The notes beneath the pieces were generated by a model. That model saw only the letters and a list, made by a program, of their open reading frames with translations. It made no database searches and was not told the DNA's origin. This document shows, piece after piece, positions 1 through 13,380 of a stretch of 64,000 nucleotides of DNA (position 1 is its first letter; every line of letters begins with the position of its first letter). The DNA is taken from NCBI RefSeq assembly GCF_009914755.1, contig NC_060937.1; one strand, 5' to 3'. The translations under genes were made by a program, and so were the position numbers. The stretch is from the human T2T-CHM13v2.0 reference genome, Homo sapiens.

Positions 1-269
1 GCCTCTCTCCTTAACTTGCAGATGGCTGCTTTCTTGAAATGTCCTCACATAGCTGTCCCTCTGTCTGTTTCTGGTGTCTCCCCACGTATCCAAATTTCCT
101 CTTCTTATAAAGATACTAGTCATATTGGATTAGGGTCCACCATAAAGACCTCATTTAAACTTAATCACCTTTTTACGGCCCTGTGTCCAAATACAGTCAC
201 ATTCCGAGTTCCAGGGGATTAGGGCTTCAACCTATGAATTGGGGGTGGGGCACAATTCAGCCCGTAACA
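1..269 (-). mobile_element. MLT1-type MaLR LTR (cut by window start)
   Basis: Typical MLT1 motifs: ...cttcttataaaga...tccaaatacagtcacattc...cacaattcagcccgtaaca. Confidence 0.7.
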
Positions 270-974
270 GGCCTAGACCTTAATTTGTCAACACTACAGT
301 TAGATTTATAGTATAGTAACTGCATCTGTGCTCATCTAAATGTCATACCCAAATGAAATAATATAGCATGATGATCTGAATTTATTAAAGGCAATTTTTC
401 CTATAGAAACCCAAATCTATAAATTATATACAAACTGTGGTAAGTTACTCGATACCTTGCCAGGACTCATCTATGGTGGTAGATAGACCACAAAGAGTAC
501 CACTGAAAGATCCCTTTCCTAATCACAGTTTCCTCACTGGCTTGCCACAAAACCTAAAATTCTTCTATTCTTTCATTGGCAATTTATTTCCCCTGAAAAT
601 GTAAATAATCTCTGGCAGAGCAATCTATTAAGTGATCATCAGCCACTAACACCTTAGGGTAGAACAGCTCAGATCACAGTCTTAAAATAAATTCCATCAG
701 TATGAAATTTTCTTTATTACTGCTCCGCTACTGGAATGTTAGATCACTGTCTGCTTTAATAATAATTCTGGTGTAGGTCATTCAAATTTTGTTTAAGATA
801 ATAAGACAAATAGCAGGTATAAAAACATTCCGTCATCTAATAAAGCAACCCGAGAACAGTAAGAAGAACGTGATGAAATTAACATTTTTGAGTACCTGCT
901 AGGAATCAAGTATTCTGCTAGATATTTTAGAAATCATCTCAATTCAATCCTAAAAATTATTCTGTATAATAGTA

Positions 975-1220
975 TAGGTTGAGTATTCCTAATCCAAAAA
1001 TCTGAAGCTTTTTTTTTCCTGAGACGGAGTTTTGCTCTTGTTGACCAGGCTGGAGTGCAATGGCGCAATCCTGACTCACTGCAACCTCCGCCTCCTGGGT
1101 TCAAGTGATTAGGGATACTCAACTGGCTAAATATAATGCAAATATTTCAAAATCTGAAAAAACCCAAATCTGAAACACTTCTGGCCCCAAACATTTCAGG
1201 CAAGGGACACTCAAGTTGTA
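975..1220. mobile_element. Tigger4/MER46-like element interrupted by an Alu fragment (~1008-1108)
   Basis: Terminal ggttgagtat.. / ..cactcaagttg motifs and internal tctgaaacacttctggcccc. Confidence 0.65.
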
Positions 1221-1303
1221 TTAATCCCATTTTACAGAAGAAGAAACAGGCTCAGATAAATGAACATCTCAGAGCTTGTTGATAGCAAAGGAGAGATTGA
1301 AAC

Positions 1304-1764
1304 TGTCAGGCCTCTGATCCCAAGCCAAGCCATCACTTCCCCTGTGACTTGCATGTATACATCCAGATGGCCTGAAGTAACTGAAGATCCACAAAAGAAG
1401 TAAAAATAACCTTAACTAATGACATTCTACCACTGTGATTTGTTTCTGCCCCACCCTCACTGATCAATGTACTTTGTAATCTCCGCCACCCTTAAGAAGG
1501 TTCTTTATAATTTCCCCCACCCTTAAGAAGGTTCTTTGTAATTCTCCCCACCCTTGAGAATGTAATTTGTGAGATCCACCGCTGCCCGCAAAACATTGCT
1601 CTTAACTTCACCACCTATCCCAAAACCTATAAGAAGTAATGATAATCCACCACCCTTTGCTGACTCTCTTTTCTGACTCAGCCCGCCTGCACCCAGGTGA
1701 AATAAATAGCCATGTTGCTCACACAAAGCCTGTTTGGTGTCTCTTCACATGGACACGCATGAAA
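1304..1764 (+). mobile_element. HERV-H solo LTR (LTR7B-like), inserted in a MIR
   Basis: Starts TGTCAGGCCTCTG and ends CGCATGAAA. 5-bp TSD GAAAC (1299-1303 and 1765-1769). Contains type-II repeats (cccacccttaagaaggttcttt), TATAA and AATAAA. Confidence 0.9.
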
Positions 1765-1927
1765 GAAACCCTACCTGGTTCTGTGTCTTACCTGTTGGGG
1801 GCCTGTGGTCAAACTACTAGTACGGAGTTTTAGTGTCCTCACTTTAAAAATGAGGGTTGTAAGGTAACTACCTACTTTTTATAGCATTGTAGTGAAGTTG
1901 AAATGAATTAATCCACATATATTATAG

Positions 1928-2525
1928 TGTGGTAGAATGCAGCAGAACTGATGATGTATGACTTCTAAGACTAGTCCTTAAGAGACCTGCAGTTTTTGCT
2001 TTTGCCCTCTTGGAACACTCCTGTTGCCATGTTAAGAAAAACTCTGGGGAGACTATGAAGGAAGAGAGCATACTCGGGGCAGGGGGGTGAACAGGACGTG
2101 CACATGTACGAGCGTACAAGCCAGGTGACACCAGTACCACAGCCTCAGACATGTCACCGGGGATACCAGCACCACAGCCTCAGACATGTCACCGGGGACA
2201 CCAGCACCACAGCCTCAGACATGTCACCGGGGACACCAGCACCACGGCCTCAGACATGTCACCCAGGGACACCAGCACCAGCACCACAGCCTCAGACATG
2301 TCATCGGGGACACCAGCCCCATGGTCTCAGACATGTCCCTGAGGCCCACTTAGACCCTTCAACCCCAGCCCAGCTGCTAACTGACTACAGCCACATGAAC
2401 AGAACCAGGTGAGACCAGAGGAAACTTCCAGTCACCTACCAGATCATGACAAATAATAAACGATGTTTTTTAAACCACAAAGATTTGGAGCAGCATTTGT
2501 TACACAAAATTAGACAACTATTACA
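1928..2525 (+). mobile_element. MLT1-type MaLR LTR hosting a minisatellite
   Basis: Starts tgtggtag. 3' part has MLT1-like aaataataaa...ttaaaccac...tttgttacaca. Confidence 0.65.
2127..2338. repeat. Minisatellite, ~35-bp unit, about 6 copies
   Basis: Unit GACACCAGCACCACAGCCTCAGACATGTCACCGGG, read directly. Confidence 0.95.
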
Positions 2526-2889
2526 GTTCGACTAAAAACATGTTCATTTACAATACTAAATTAGAAGTGTAAGAATGGGAGAAAAACTTCATACTTTAAA
2601 AGTCATTTTTTCCTCCAAAAACTTCCAACTTTGAAAAACTGATTTTTATAATGCATAAAAATTAAAATAACCTTAGAATTTATATGAGTAGCATAGCCAG
2701 CTGGCTTTATTATCTGTTGTACTCAACACTTCAATAATCACTGATGTTTTAGAACTCTTCAGATTTAGAACTCTTGCCCTTGCTTTAGTCTGGTTTAAGC
2801 TAAATAATTGTTCTTCCTCAAGAACAAATGACCTTACCTCGTTTTGTTTTCCTTGTCTGAGAGAAACACATTAGCAGTCTCCCATCTTG

Positions 2890-3166
2890 TTTTTCCTTTT
2901 CCTGTCACCCAGGACAGAGGGCAGTGGTGTGATCACAGCTCTGCAGCACGACTTCCCCAGGTTCAGGTGATCCTCCCACCTCAGCCTCCCAAGGAGCTGG
3001 GACCACAGGCACATGCCACCACGTCCAGCTTAATTTTGTATTTTTTTGGTAGAGATCAGGTTTTGCCTTATTGCCCCAAGCTGATCTTGAATTCCTGGGC
3101 TGAAGCAATCTGCCTGCCCTGGCCTCTCCAAGTGTTAGGATTACAGGTATAAGCCACCGTGCAGCC
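2890..3166 (-). mobile_element. AluJ-like
   Basis: Diverged antisense Alu. Confidence 0.85.
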
Positions 3167-3633
3167 TTATATTTTGTTTTAAATTTTCCTCTGTATTTTT
3201 CTCTCTGGCAAATTGTTTAGGGAGTTTCTTTAGTTTATCAGACTAAATTTCAAGGCTTTCCTTCCAATTTTGACATGTAAACAGTCCCTCATTTCTGCTT
3301 ATCTAGTGATTATTCCCAAATCTGTGTTTACAGTCTAGCTGTCTCTCCTGAGATTAAGACTTGTTTCTCTAACTACCTGACGGCAGAATCTCCTCTTGGA
3401 AGTATCAAGGAGGCAGTTCAAAACTGAACTGGGCATTGGCTCCACTCCTTCTCCTTCTCTTTACTATTAATACCCTTTCTCTCCTTCTATATGACCACAC
3501 TAAGTCTTATTTAGGCATCGTTTCTTCTGGGAGACCTTTGTAGAATCTCTGAGGTTATGTTAACATGCTAAGGTTTTCTTGACATTCTCAGATTGGGTTA
3601 GGTGAACTTTTAGCAACTTATCTTTTTACTAAA

Positions 3634-4042
3634 AAGTCATCCCTCAGTATCTGTGGGGAATTGGTTCTAGGACTCCCTAAGGATATCAAAATCTGCATGA
3701 GCAGCCCAGGTGAGACCAGCAGAAGCACTTTACAGTCACCTACAGGATCATGACAAATAATAAATCATGTTTAAGCCACAAAGTCCTTTACATAAAATGG
3801 TATAGTATTTGCATATAACCTACACATCTTCCTGTATCCTTTAAATCATCTCTAGTTTATAATACCTCATACGATGAAAATACTACGTAAATAGTTGTTA
3901 TACTGTATTGTTTAGGGAATAATGACAAGAAAAAAAGTCCACGCGTGTTCAGAATAGATGCTTTTTTTTCTCGTCTAATATTATGGATCCACAGTTGGTT
4001 GAATCCACAGATGTGGAATCCATGGATACCAAGGAACGACTG
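3634..4042 (+). mobile_element. MER2 (Tigger family) with an ~88-bp foreign insert
   Basis: Ends agtcatccctcagtatc... / ...ggataccaaggaacgactg and MER2 internal motifs. Confidence 0.8.
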
Positions 4043-4431
4043 TATGCATTTTGACAATTATACTTCTCATCTTACCATGCATTCAACAAACAGAACATGT
4101 AAAGCGGTGATAATGCTGTGATGAAAAATAAAGCAGGGGAAGAGGCTGCATCCATCTAGTGGAAACGATGCCCTTTTCAATCTGCACAAAGAGAAAAAGC
4201 TGCTCTCCAAGTTGGGGGGTGGGTGGGTCAGGTATGTAAATTGGTCAGGAAGGGATCTGTAGGCACTTACAGATTTGACGCTAATGAGATGGGAAGCCAC
4301 AGGAAGGTTGTGAAGAAAAGACAAGACATGATCTGATTCATGTTTTGATCTGATACACTGGTTGCTAGATGGAGAATAAGCTGCATGGCGGTGAGAGGAA
4401 GCAGAAACAATAGGAGGGTAATGCTATAATC

Positions 4432-4640
4432 CAGTGGTCCATAATCCAATATCCCCCCAAGGAACAGTTCGGCAATGTCTGGTGACATTTCTGGCTGTCA
4501 CAACTGTTGGGGCGGAGTGCTACTTGCATCTAGCAGGTAGAAGCTAGGGATGCTACTAAACATCCTACAATGCACAAGACAGCCCTTCCCCCAACATTGC
4601 TGGCCCAAAACGTTGATAGTACCAAGGCTGAGAAACTCTG
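4432..4640 (+). mobile_element. MER20 (hAT-Charlie)
   Basis: ggcaatgtctgg...gcatctag...aaacatcctacaatgcaca...gctgagaaactctg. Confidence 0.8.
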
Positions 4641-4656
4641 TTATAATCTGTCCTAG

Positions 4657-5019
<363 letters not shown>

Positions 5020-7319
5020 TGAATGTTTTTAAAGTACTGGTGACCATATTCGCTGAGGGATTAAATGTAAGGTATGAGGGGAAAATAGGAATCAGACACC
5101 AGGGTTTACTGCCTGAGCAATGAGAAGAACGACGTTCCTCATACGGAGATGAGGAAGAATGTGGAATAGCAGGTAAATAGCATGTGCTTGCTTTGTTTGG
5201 GGCTGTGCAGAAGAGACTGATGGGACCAACGTGCTCAGTTCTGGATATATTAAACTTGGAATGCCTATTTGGCACCAAGTGAATGTATCAGGTAGGCAGA
5301 TGGATAAATGAGTCTGAAGTTCAGGGGAGAGGCTGGGGTGGCAATATGAACTTGGGAGTCTCCACATCTGAATAGTATTTAAAGCTATACAACAGGATAA
5401 GGTGATTTAGGAACTAAACACAAATTGAGACGAGATCCGAGCCCAGAGGCACTCCGATGTTTAAAAAAGAGGAGGAACCATCAAAAGATACTAAGGAGAA
5501 GCCAAGAAGTAGGAGAACTGAGAGTCTGAGAGAATCATTATACTCATTTGATCGACTGCAACAAATGCTGCTTAGAGGTCAAGCAAAATGAGGACTAAGC
5601 AAGGACCACCAGGTCTGGCAACGTGGAGGCCAATGCCGACGTGGAAATGAGAGTTTTGGTGGGAAGACAGGAATAAAAGTCTCACAGGTCTGAATTCAAG
5701 AGAGAGAACAGCAGAAGAAGGGTAGAGGTGGTAGCCATAAACAATGATACATTCTCTTGAGGCCTTTTCTTGCAAAGCTCAGTGAAGAAACATGGTTCCA
5801 GAGAGGGATTTTTTTTTCTCTCATTTTACATATGCAAACATATAAAAAAGCTGAAAGAATTGTTTGACAACCACCCTTATTCTTACCACAGATTCAACAT
5901 TTAATGCCATATGTTTTCCCTGTATGTACTGTGTATTGTTTGAGGATAACTTCCCCTCTAAATATACCTCGGATGTATCTCCTAAAATAAGTCCATTCTC
6001 CTACATAGCCATAGTAACCATGAACACACCTAGGAAAATTAAAAATATATTCTCAAATATATTATATAGCTGGGTATATTACAATTTCCCCAATATGTGA
6101 TTTGCAAACCAGGATCAAGTCAAAGTCCATGCACAGCATTTGGTTGTCATGTGTCTTTGGTCTCTATTAATAATGATGACTGTTTGAAAAGACCTGTCCT
6201 ATAGAATAAATTTGACTGATTATGTCATGCCATTGAACTTGTTTTTCTATTCTAGAAGGATAGTTTTTTAGGGTAGTGAATACATTTATTACTCTTGGCA
6301 CAATAGTCTAACATTTCCCAATTTCCTTATATCTCTGCCCTTTCATTTTCAGAAAATCAATTATTCCAAGATTTGTTTTTCATTTATCATCACTTATTAG
6401 CTCTGAAGACTCAACTGAGCAACTTTCAGGGTTTATATACCCTATATTCAGAAAAAAACTACTACCATCTCTCATTTACCCTAAGAATTCATAGGAGAGC
6501 ATGTCTTAAAGCTGATCAATAACCAAACCATTTTATTGATCATATTACATTTGGAAAGCAAAATGAATTTCCTAAAATTTCTTCCCTGATTAGCAAAATA
6601 GTGCCTCCGAACACTTGAGGGTGAAAGTTGTTGTCAAATATGCCTACATGACTGGAAATTATGACATCCAAATGAGTTCACTGGGTCTGATAATAATATG
6701 CTCTACATGCTTATGTCTATGTAATAAACAGCTTACATCTGGATGAGAAAATTGATTATACAAATATTTGGGCTTCTACAACTGGTCACTCATCTGTAAG
6801 TACTTAAAGCAACTTAAAATGCAAACTGACCTAACAATGCTTATGGTTAGAATTCCAAAGAATGTTTAGGCATTGTCAGGTTATGTTAAAACATCTTCTG
6901 CCACAATCTTCAAGTGATTTATCTTTTCTGTTGTGTTGAATAGCTATAGAAGACAAATGAATTCTGCACTCCTGAATTCAATGAACATTTCAAGTTTCCT
7001 CACTTACACTGTAAGATTACGTAGCATATTTTAAGAAATAAATTATAATCATTTTATTTCACTTATTGAACTTCTTTTAAGCTTTGGCATTAGAATTTTA
7101 ATCAAAGCACTGCCACTTGCTTACAGTGATGGTTTTTAGGCTCTTTGGGCCTATGGACTATTTCAATGACCTTCACTAGCCATCTAGTCCACCTTATCCT
7201 AATTATTACCACTGCAAAAGAAACCCTCACTTGAATAAATCAGTAGATGGGCATGAGGCACCTCCCAGGAGACTATAATTATTAACTCATACTAAAATCA
7301 AAATTGTAGCTATTATCAC

Positions 7320-7672
7320 TCATATGGTTTGGCTCTGTGTCTCCACCCAAATCTCATCTTGAATTGTAATCCCCACGTGTCAAAGGAGAAGCCTGGTGCG
7401 AAAGGACTGGATCATGGGGGCGGCCTTCCCCCTTGCTGTTCTTGTGAAAGAGTTCTCCGATGGTTTAAACGCATGGGACTTCCTCCTACTTGCTCGCTCT
7501 CTTCTGCCACCATGTAAGATGTGCCTTGCTTCCCCTTTGCCTTCTGCCATGATTTTAAGTTTCCTGAGGCCTCCCCAGCCATGCAGAAATGTGAGTCAAT
7601 TAAACCTCTTTTCTTTGTAAATTACCCAGTCTCAGGTAGTTCTTTACAGCAGTGTGAAAATAGACTAATACA
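7320..7672 (+). mobile_element. THE1D/MST-type MaLR solo LTR
   Basis: atatggtttggctctgtgt...gactaataca with 5-bp TSD ATCAC (7315-7319 and 7673-7677). Confidence 0.85.
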
Positions 7673-7989
7673 ATCACCTTATGGTAAGTCTGTCTATAAA
7701 TCACCTGAACTTTCACAGACTATCTAGAAGAACATGTAACCAGAGTAGTTCTTGATCATGCTATATAAATTACTGATACAGAAATAGAGCTAGACAGGAA
7801 GGGGCTGGTAGTAGAGAATCATCCTCTGGACATATTCTCACAGCCTAATCTCTAGCTAGCAAATTTTATAATATATATAAAAATACAATTATTTCACAAA
7901 ATTACCATGAAACGATTTTATTGGGATATTAGACATTACTGAATTACTTGTTCTGTGAGGTATACAGTGAAATTAACATGTTATAAAAT

Positions 7990-8380
7990 TGTGGTAGCCG
8001 GCCCCCAAGATGGCCTCCAATGAATCCTTCACCTCTTGGTATTCATACCTTTGTGTAGGTAGGTCTGTGTAACCCATAGAATACAGCACAGTGACAGTAG
8101 GTCACTTCCGAGGTTAGGTTGTGAAAGACACTGTGGTTTCTGCCTCTCTCTCAGATCACGTGCTCTGGGGGAAAAGCCAGGTGTCATTTTGTGAAGACAC
8201 TCAAGCAGCCTTTAGATGACTGCAACCACATAAGAGGCTCCGAACTGGAGCCACTCAGCTAAACCACTCCCAGATTCCTGACCATGTATCATTTCATACA
8301 CAATGTATGAAATGACAAATGTCTGTTGTTTTAAGCTGTTTGGGGAATAATTTGTTACATAACAAAATATAACTAATACA
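7990..8380 (+). mobile_element. MLT1-type MaLR LTR
   Basis: tgtggtagcc...aagatggcc...gttttaagc...aactaataca. Confidence 0.75.
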
Positions 8381-9037
8381 ATAATACATACTGATTTAAC
8401 TGAAGTTGTAACTTCATAACTTATTTAGGTACTAAAAATCACAGCAACCCGATGCAAAGTACTAAAAAAAAAATCCATTAATACCTATTGAGTACTGTTG
8501 AGGGCATGAGGAAAGCTCTTTCATACTCCACATAAAACTTCCTTACCGTAATATTCATGGCTGACCTCTACTCTTAACTCCTTTCTAGGATAGGAGGGGC
8601 TAACTGATCTGACAGCAAGTTTGGGAGAAAAAATTCTGAGGCTCGGCCAACTTCCTCTCTTCTTTCCATTTGGGATTTGGCTGACTGAAGAGGGTCATTT
8701 GTTTTGGCCTGCTCTCTTACACAGTAAATGTAGTGGGACAAGCTCTATTCTTGTTGATAGAAAAACTCGAATTTTAAATCTGCCTAGTTCTTTGCAGCTC
8801 GTTGTTGCTCCAAATCTCAGCTACCTTTTGAAACAACTTTTTTCAGTAAACTTAATTTCAATCTTCATGTGATTTAACTGGATCCAAACACAGGCAGATA
8901 AAAAAGGTGGGGCATTACTTATCAACCTCTAAACTAAGTTTAATTTTGTGCCCTCATGGAGTTTATAGTATATTTGAGGTTTAAACTAAAACACCTGGTT
9001 TTAAACAGAAACTATAAAAAACACGATTAATAGGTGA

Positions 9038-9340
9038 GGCCGGGCGCGGCGGCTCACGCCTGTAATCCCAGCACTTGGGGAGGCCAAGGCGGGTGGATCA
9101 CGAGGTCAGGAGATCAAGACCATCCTGGCTAACACGGTGTGAAACCCCGTCTCTACTAAAAATACAAAAAATTAGCCCGGCGTAGTGGTGGGAGCCTGTA
9201 GTCCCAGCTACTCAGGACGCTGAGGCAGGAGAATGGCGTGAACCCGGAAGGCGGAGCTTGCAGTGAGCCATTGCGCCACTGCACTCCAGCCTGGGTGACA
9301 GAGCCAGACTCCGTCTCAAAAAAACAAACAAACAAAAAAC
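9038..9340 (+). mobile_element. AluY-like
   Basis: Full length, TSD aataggtga. Confidence 0.9.
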
Positions 9341-9481
9341 AAATAGGTGAAAGGCCGTGATCATTGGTAAGCGTAAGAAAATCTGAGGGAGAAAAAAATA
9401 TAGATGCCCAGGCCCCATGCCAAACTCATGGAATCATGCATGAAACCCAAGCAGCTGCAGTTTTAACAAGTTCCCAATATA

Positions 9482-10355
9482 TAGTTGACCCCTGAACAAT
9501 GCAGGTTTGAACTGCCTGGGTCCACTTATAAAATGGATTTGATTTTTTTCAATAAAAGTTACACCGAGTGTGCCTGCCTCTCCTCCCTCCCTCCCTACAT
9601 GCTCCTGCTCTTAAGCCTCTGCCATGAGGCTTAAGACAGCAAGAACAACCCGTCCTGTTTATTTCAATAGTTTTGGGGGGTGCAGGTGGTTTTTGGTTAC
9701 ATGGATAAGTTCTTTAGTGGTGATTTCTGAGATTTTAGTGCAACTGTCACCTGAGCAGTGTACACTGTATCCAACATGTAGTCTTTTAACCCCCATCCAA
9801 CCTTCTTCCCCAACCCGAATCCCCAAAGTCCACTGTATGATTCTTATGCCTCTGTGTTTTTATAGTTTAGCTCCCACTTTTAAGTGAGAACATACCATTT
9901 TTGGTTTCCCATTCCTGAGCTACTTCACTTAGAATACTGGCCTCCAGCTCCATCCAAATTGCTGCAAAAGATATTATTTCGTTCCTTTGTATGGATGAAT
10001 AGTATTCCACGATGTACATAAACATTTTCTTTATCCACTCAGCTCCTCTTCAGTCTACTCAATGTGAAGGTGACAAGGACGAAGATCTTTATGATGATCC
10101 ATTTCCACTTAATGATTAGTAAATATACTTACTTTTCCTTATGATTTTCTTAGTAACTTTTTTTCTCTAACTTACTTTATTGTAAGAATACAGTATATAA
10201 CACATATGACATACAAAATACGTTAGTCAACAATATATGCTATCAGTAAACTTCCAGTCATCAGTGGGCTATTAGCAGCTACGTTTTTTGGGCAGTCAAA
10301 AGCATGGGGAAGGAGAGGGTGGTCCCTAACCCCTGTGTTGCTCAAGGGTCAATTG
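9482..10355 (+). mobile_element. Tigger2-like element interrupted by an antisense L1P 3' fragment (~9655-10040)
   Basis: Inverted termini agttgacccctgaaca / ctcaagggtcaattg. Inner segment resembles an L1 3'UTR. Confidence 0.7.
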
Positions 10356-11255
10356 TAATAATACCCATTTAAGAATCCATGGTATATATGGTAAGTGCAA
10401 CAACTCTAGAAGAGAGTGCTAGGAGTTGGAAAAGGAAAGAGAAAACAGAATTTAAAGCAATCTGTAAAGGACATGCAGGGTTTAGATGAGGTGGAAGGGT
10501 GAGGGAAAACCAACATCTGCTGTGAGGGCATATTAACTGCCAGACATTGTTCTATGTCTTACCTCATTTAAGAGAATTTCATTTCACACATGGAAAAACT
10601 GAAGCCCAGAGAGGTTAAATAATTTGCCTGAGGCCAAAATTAGTTAAATAACAGAAGTGGGATTAGTAGATGTTTTCATTTTATCAGTGAAACTGAGCCT
10701 CAGGGAGGTTAAATATTTTGTATGAAGTAACAAAACTGAGATTAATATATGGCCAAGTTTAAATGAGATCTGTAAATCTAATGCCTACACTAAAACAAAA
10801 AAAAAAAGTGGGAAGAAAAGGTCTATATTGCTTAGCAAAACAGAGGTAGGGAAGCAAAAATAAACTTACAAAATCAGATTAGACCACCAAAAAACAGTCC
10901 CCATTTTAACTTATGTGGTGAGAACCATATATTAAAGACCACCAGTGGCTTAAAAATCTTTTTAAAAAATGAATCTGTTTTCATTATTCATTAGTTTTTA
11001 TCTAATGAATAATGTATCTTAACTGATACATTTACTAAACAATTACCAGCTCCAATTAGCACTCAGTTACAATTCAATCATTAAACTGACCCTCAATTTA
11101 GCTGTCAACCTAGTCAAAACAGTTAAGTGATTTTACGGTCATCCTCAGTTGCAGAAGTATAATGTTTATGGCTGGAGTCATTTTATTTTTAACTAACATT
11201 TTTTAAAAAGATTGCTTTGTAACAATGTGTTATGAGTCCTTTGTGGTAAATACTG

Positions 11256-11496
11256 CTTTTTTTTTGAGACGCAGTCTCGCTTTATTGCCCAGGCTGGAGT
11301 GCAGTGGTGCGATCTTGGATCTGAGGCTCCTGCCTCAGCCTCCTGAGTAGCTGGGACTACAGGCATGCGCCAACGTGCCCAGCTAATTTTTTGTTTTTTT
11401 AGTAGAGATGGGGTTTCACCATGCTGGCCAGGCTGGTCTCGAACTCCTGACCTCGTGATCTGCCCACCTCGGCCTTCCAAAGTGCTGGGATTACAG
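11256..11496 (-). mobile_element. Alu with internal deletion
   Basis: Antisense Alu arms with a missing segment. Confidence 0.85.
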
Positions 11497-12191
11497 CTAT
11501 TTTAAGGACTTTTTAAAAAGTGAAGCTAAACATTTATTCATCCCTATTCCTCATCTATAGGGACTTGTGCTCTATTTTTCTTTGAAGACTGAAGTAAAAA
11601 TTCACCTTTGTGAGGGTCTTCCTATAATTAAAATTAATCATTTTTTCCTCCATAGCTTCTACAAAACATTGCCTGTACAACTCTATTTAGCACTTATTTC
11701 ATCCCGCCTTGTATGAAAACTATTTGTTTACAAACGTTTCTACTTCTCTTTAGGAATAAGGACTATGCATTATTCACTGTTGTATTCTCCCTGCATTTAT
11801 GGCAGTCCTTTGCACATTAAATACAAGCTTTTTGGCTCTGTGCATCTCTTCATCTGGCTGTTCATCTGTACCCTTTAAAACATCCTTTATTAAAAAAACA
11901 GTAAATGTAAAAAAAAAAAAAAGCCATTGATGAAAAAGTTAATAGCTTTCTCAATAAGAAAAGAGTATCAATTATGCATACGTCTGAACTAACAAACATG
12001 AATGAAATAGGCTATTTAATACATTCTGTTTTAAAAGTAGGTTTGGTCAGCCATGTAAATTGAAAATTGGGAGCCACCAAGATAACTCATCAACAAATAT
12101 GCACTATGTACTAGGCACTATATAGATGATGGTGAACCAAACAGATGTAATCCTTGCTCTTACAGATCTCACAACCTACTATGGGGCCAAA

Positions 12192-12310
12192 AATATATGT
12201 GTATGTGTGTGTGTTATACATATATACACACACATACATGTATATATACATATACACATACACATATATACATACGCACACATACACATATATACACACA
12301 CATACATATG
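12192..12310. repeat. Compound (TG)/(TA)/(CA) microsatellite inside an L2 fragment
   Basis: Read directly. Confidence 0.9.
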
Positions 12311-13135
12311 CTATGAGGAAAACAAACAGGTGGTGAGAAAGAATTAGAGTAGGGGTAGAGGACAGAGGGCTCCTCAAATAGGGTGGACAGCTTGACACAA
12401 GACACTCGAGCTAAGACTCCAAGGATGAGAAGACAGTTATGTAAAGAAAAGGGGACTAGCATTGTCAGCAGGTAGCTAAGGCCTTAAAGCAGACAGTCAT
12501 GTGCTGCAATGCCAGCTTCAAGCGAATACAGTTACTAAAGCATATCTAACCTTCTATGTGAATGTAGTTACTAAAGCATATCCTCCAACTTTCCATTTTT
12601 CTTTTGCTATTGTTTCTACCACTTCTCCTTTTCTGTTGACAATTATTTTAAATTTCCTGGCTAAATTAAATGATGGCATGAACTCTGGGGAAAGTAAGAC
12701 TACCTATGTCCAAATAATCCTAAATTCCTTCTAGTCCTTATGACTGATCAATTCACCCTGAAGTGACAACTATGTCCCAATTAGGAAAGAGTGTTTCTTT
12801 ATCTGCACTTAATTTTTTGATTTGGAGGCTTCCTGATTGCTAATCAACATGTTGTGTGATTACTTCAACAAGTACTTATAGAACGTTATTTTGTCACTGG
12901 AAAAACGTTCTGCTGCTTTCTGAACTTTAGGTTGCTCTAGAGTCTAGGAAGAGTGACTGTACCTAAAGCAGTTCCTAATTACTGGACATTCTCAGATCTG
13001 CTAGAGCTACATGTCCAATTACGAGAATATACTGGAAAAAGCCCTGGATTAGAAATGAGAGGATGTAGGTTTTAGTACCAGGTCAGCCACCTTGTTAATG
13101 CAAATTTGAGTAAATTGTTACTTCTTTTAGGCCTT

Positions 13136-13380
13136 GTTTTTGCTGTTTTGTTTTTCTGACAGTCTTGTCTCTGTGGTCCAGGCTGGAGTGCAGAGGCACA
13201 ATATCAGGTCCCTGCAGTCTCTACCTCCCAGGATCAAGCCATTTTCATGCCTCATCCTCCTGAGTAGCTGGGATTACAGGCATGTGCCACCACACCCTCG
13301 AACTCCTGACCTCAAGTGATCTGCTTGCCTCAGCCTCCCAAAGTGCTGGGATTAGAGGTGTGAGCCACTGTGCCTAGCCT
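13136..13380 (-). mobile_element. Alu with internal deletion
   Basis: Antisense Alu lacking the middle A-rich linker region. Confidence 0.8.

Noticed and set aside
2127-2338. CRISPR-like periodicity (~35-bp repeats)
   Set aside because: The units are contiguous with no unique spacers, there are no cas genes, and the context is human.
2098-2412. Repetitive 104-aa and 63-aa ORFs
   Set aside because: These are translations of the 35-bp minisatellite.
12111-12462. Tyr/Ile/His/Val-rich ORFs (also 39039-39432)
   Set aside because: Translations of dinucleotide microsatellites.
12530-12582. 17-bp direct repeat agttactaaagcatatc, and a 16-bp tandem near 51132
   Set aside because: Real, but too short to distinguish from ordinary slippage, and no functional hint.
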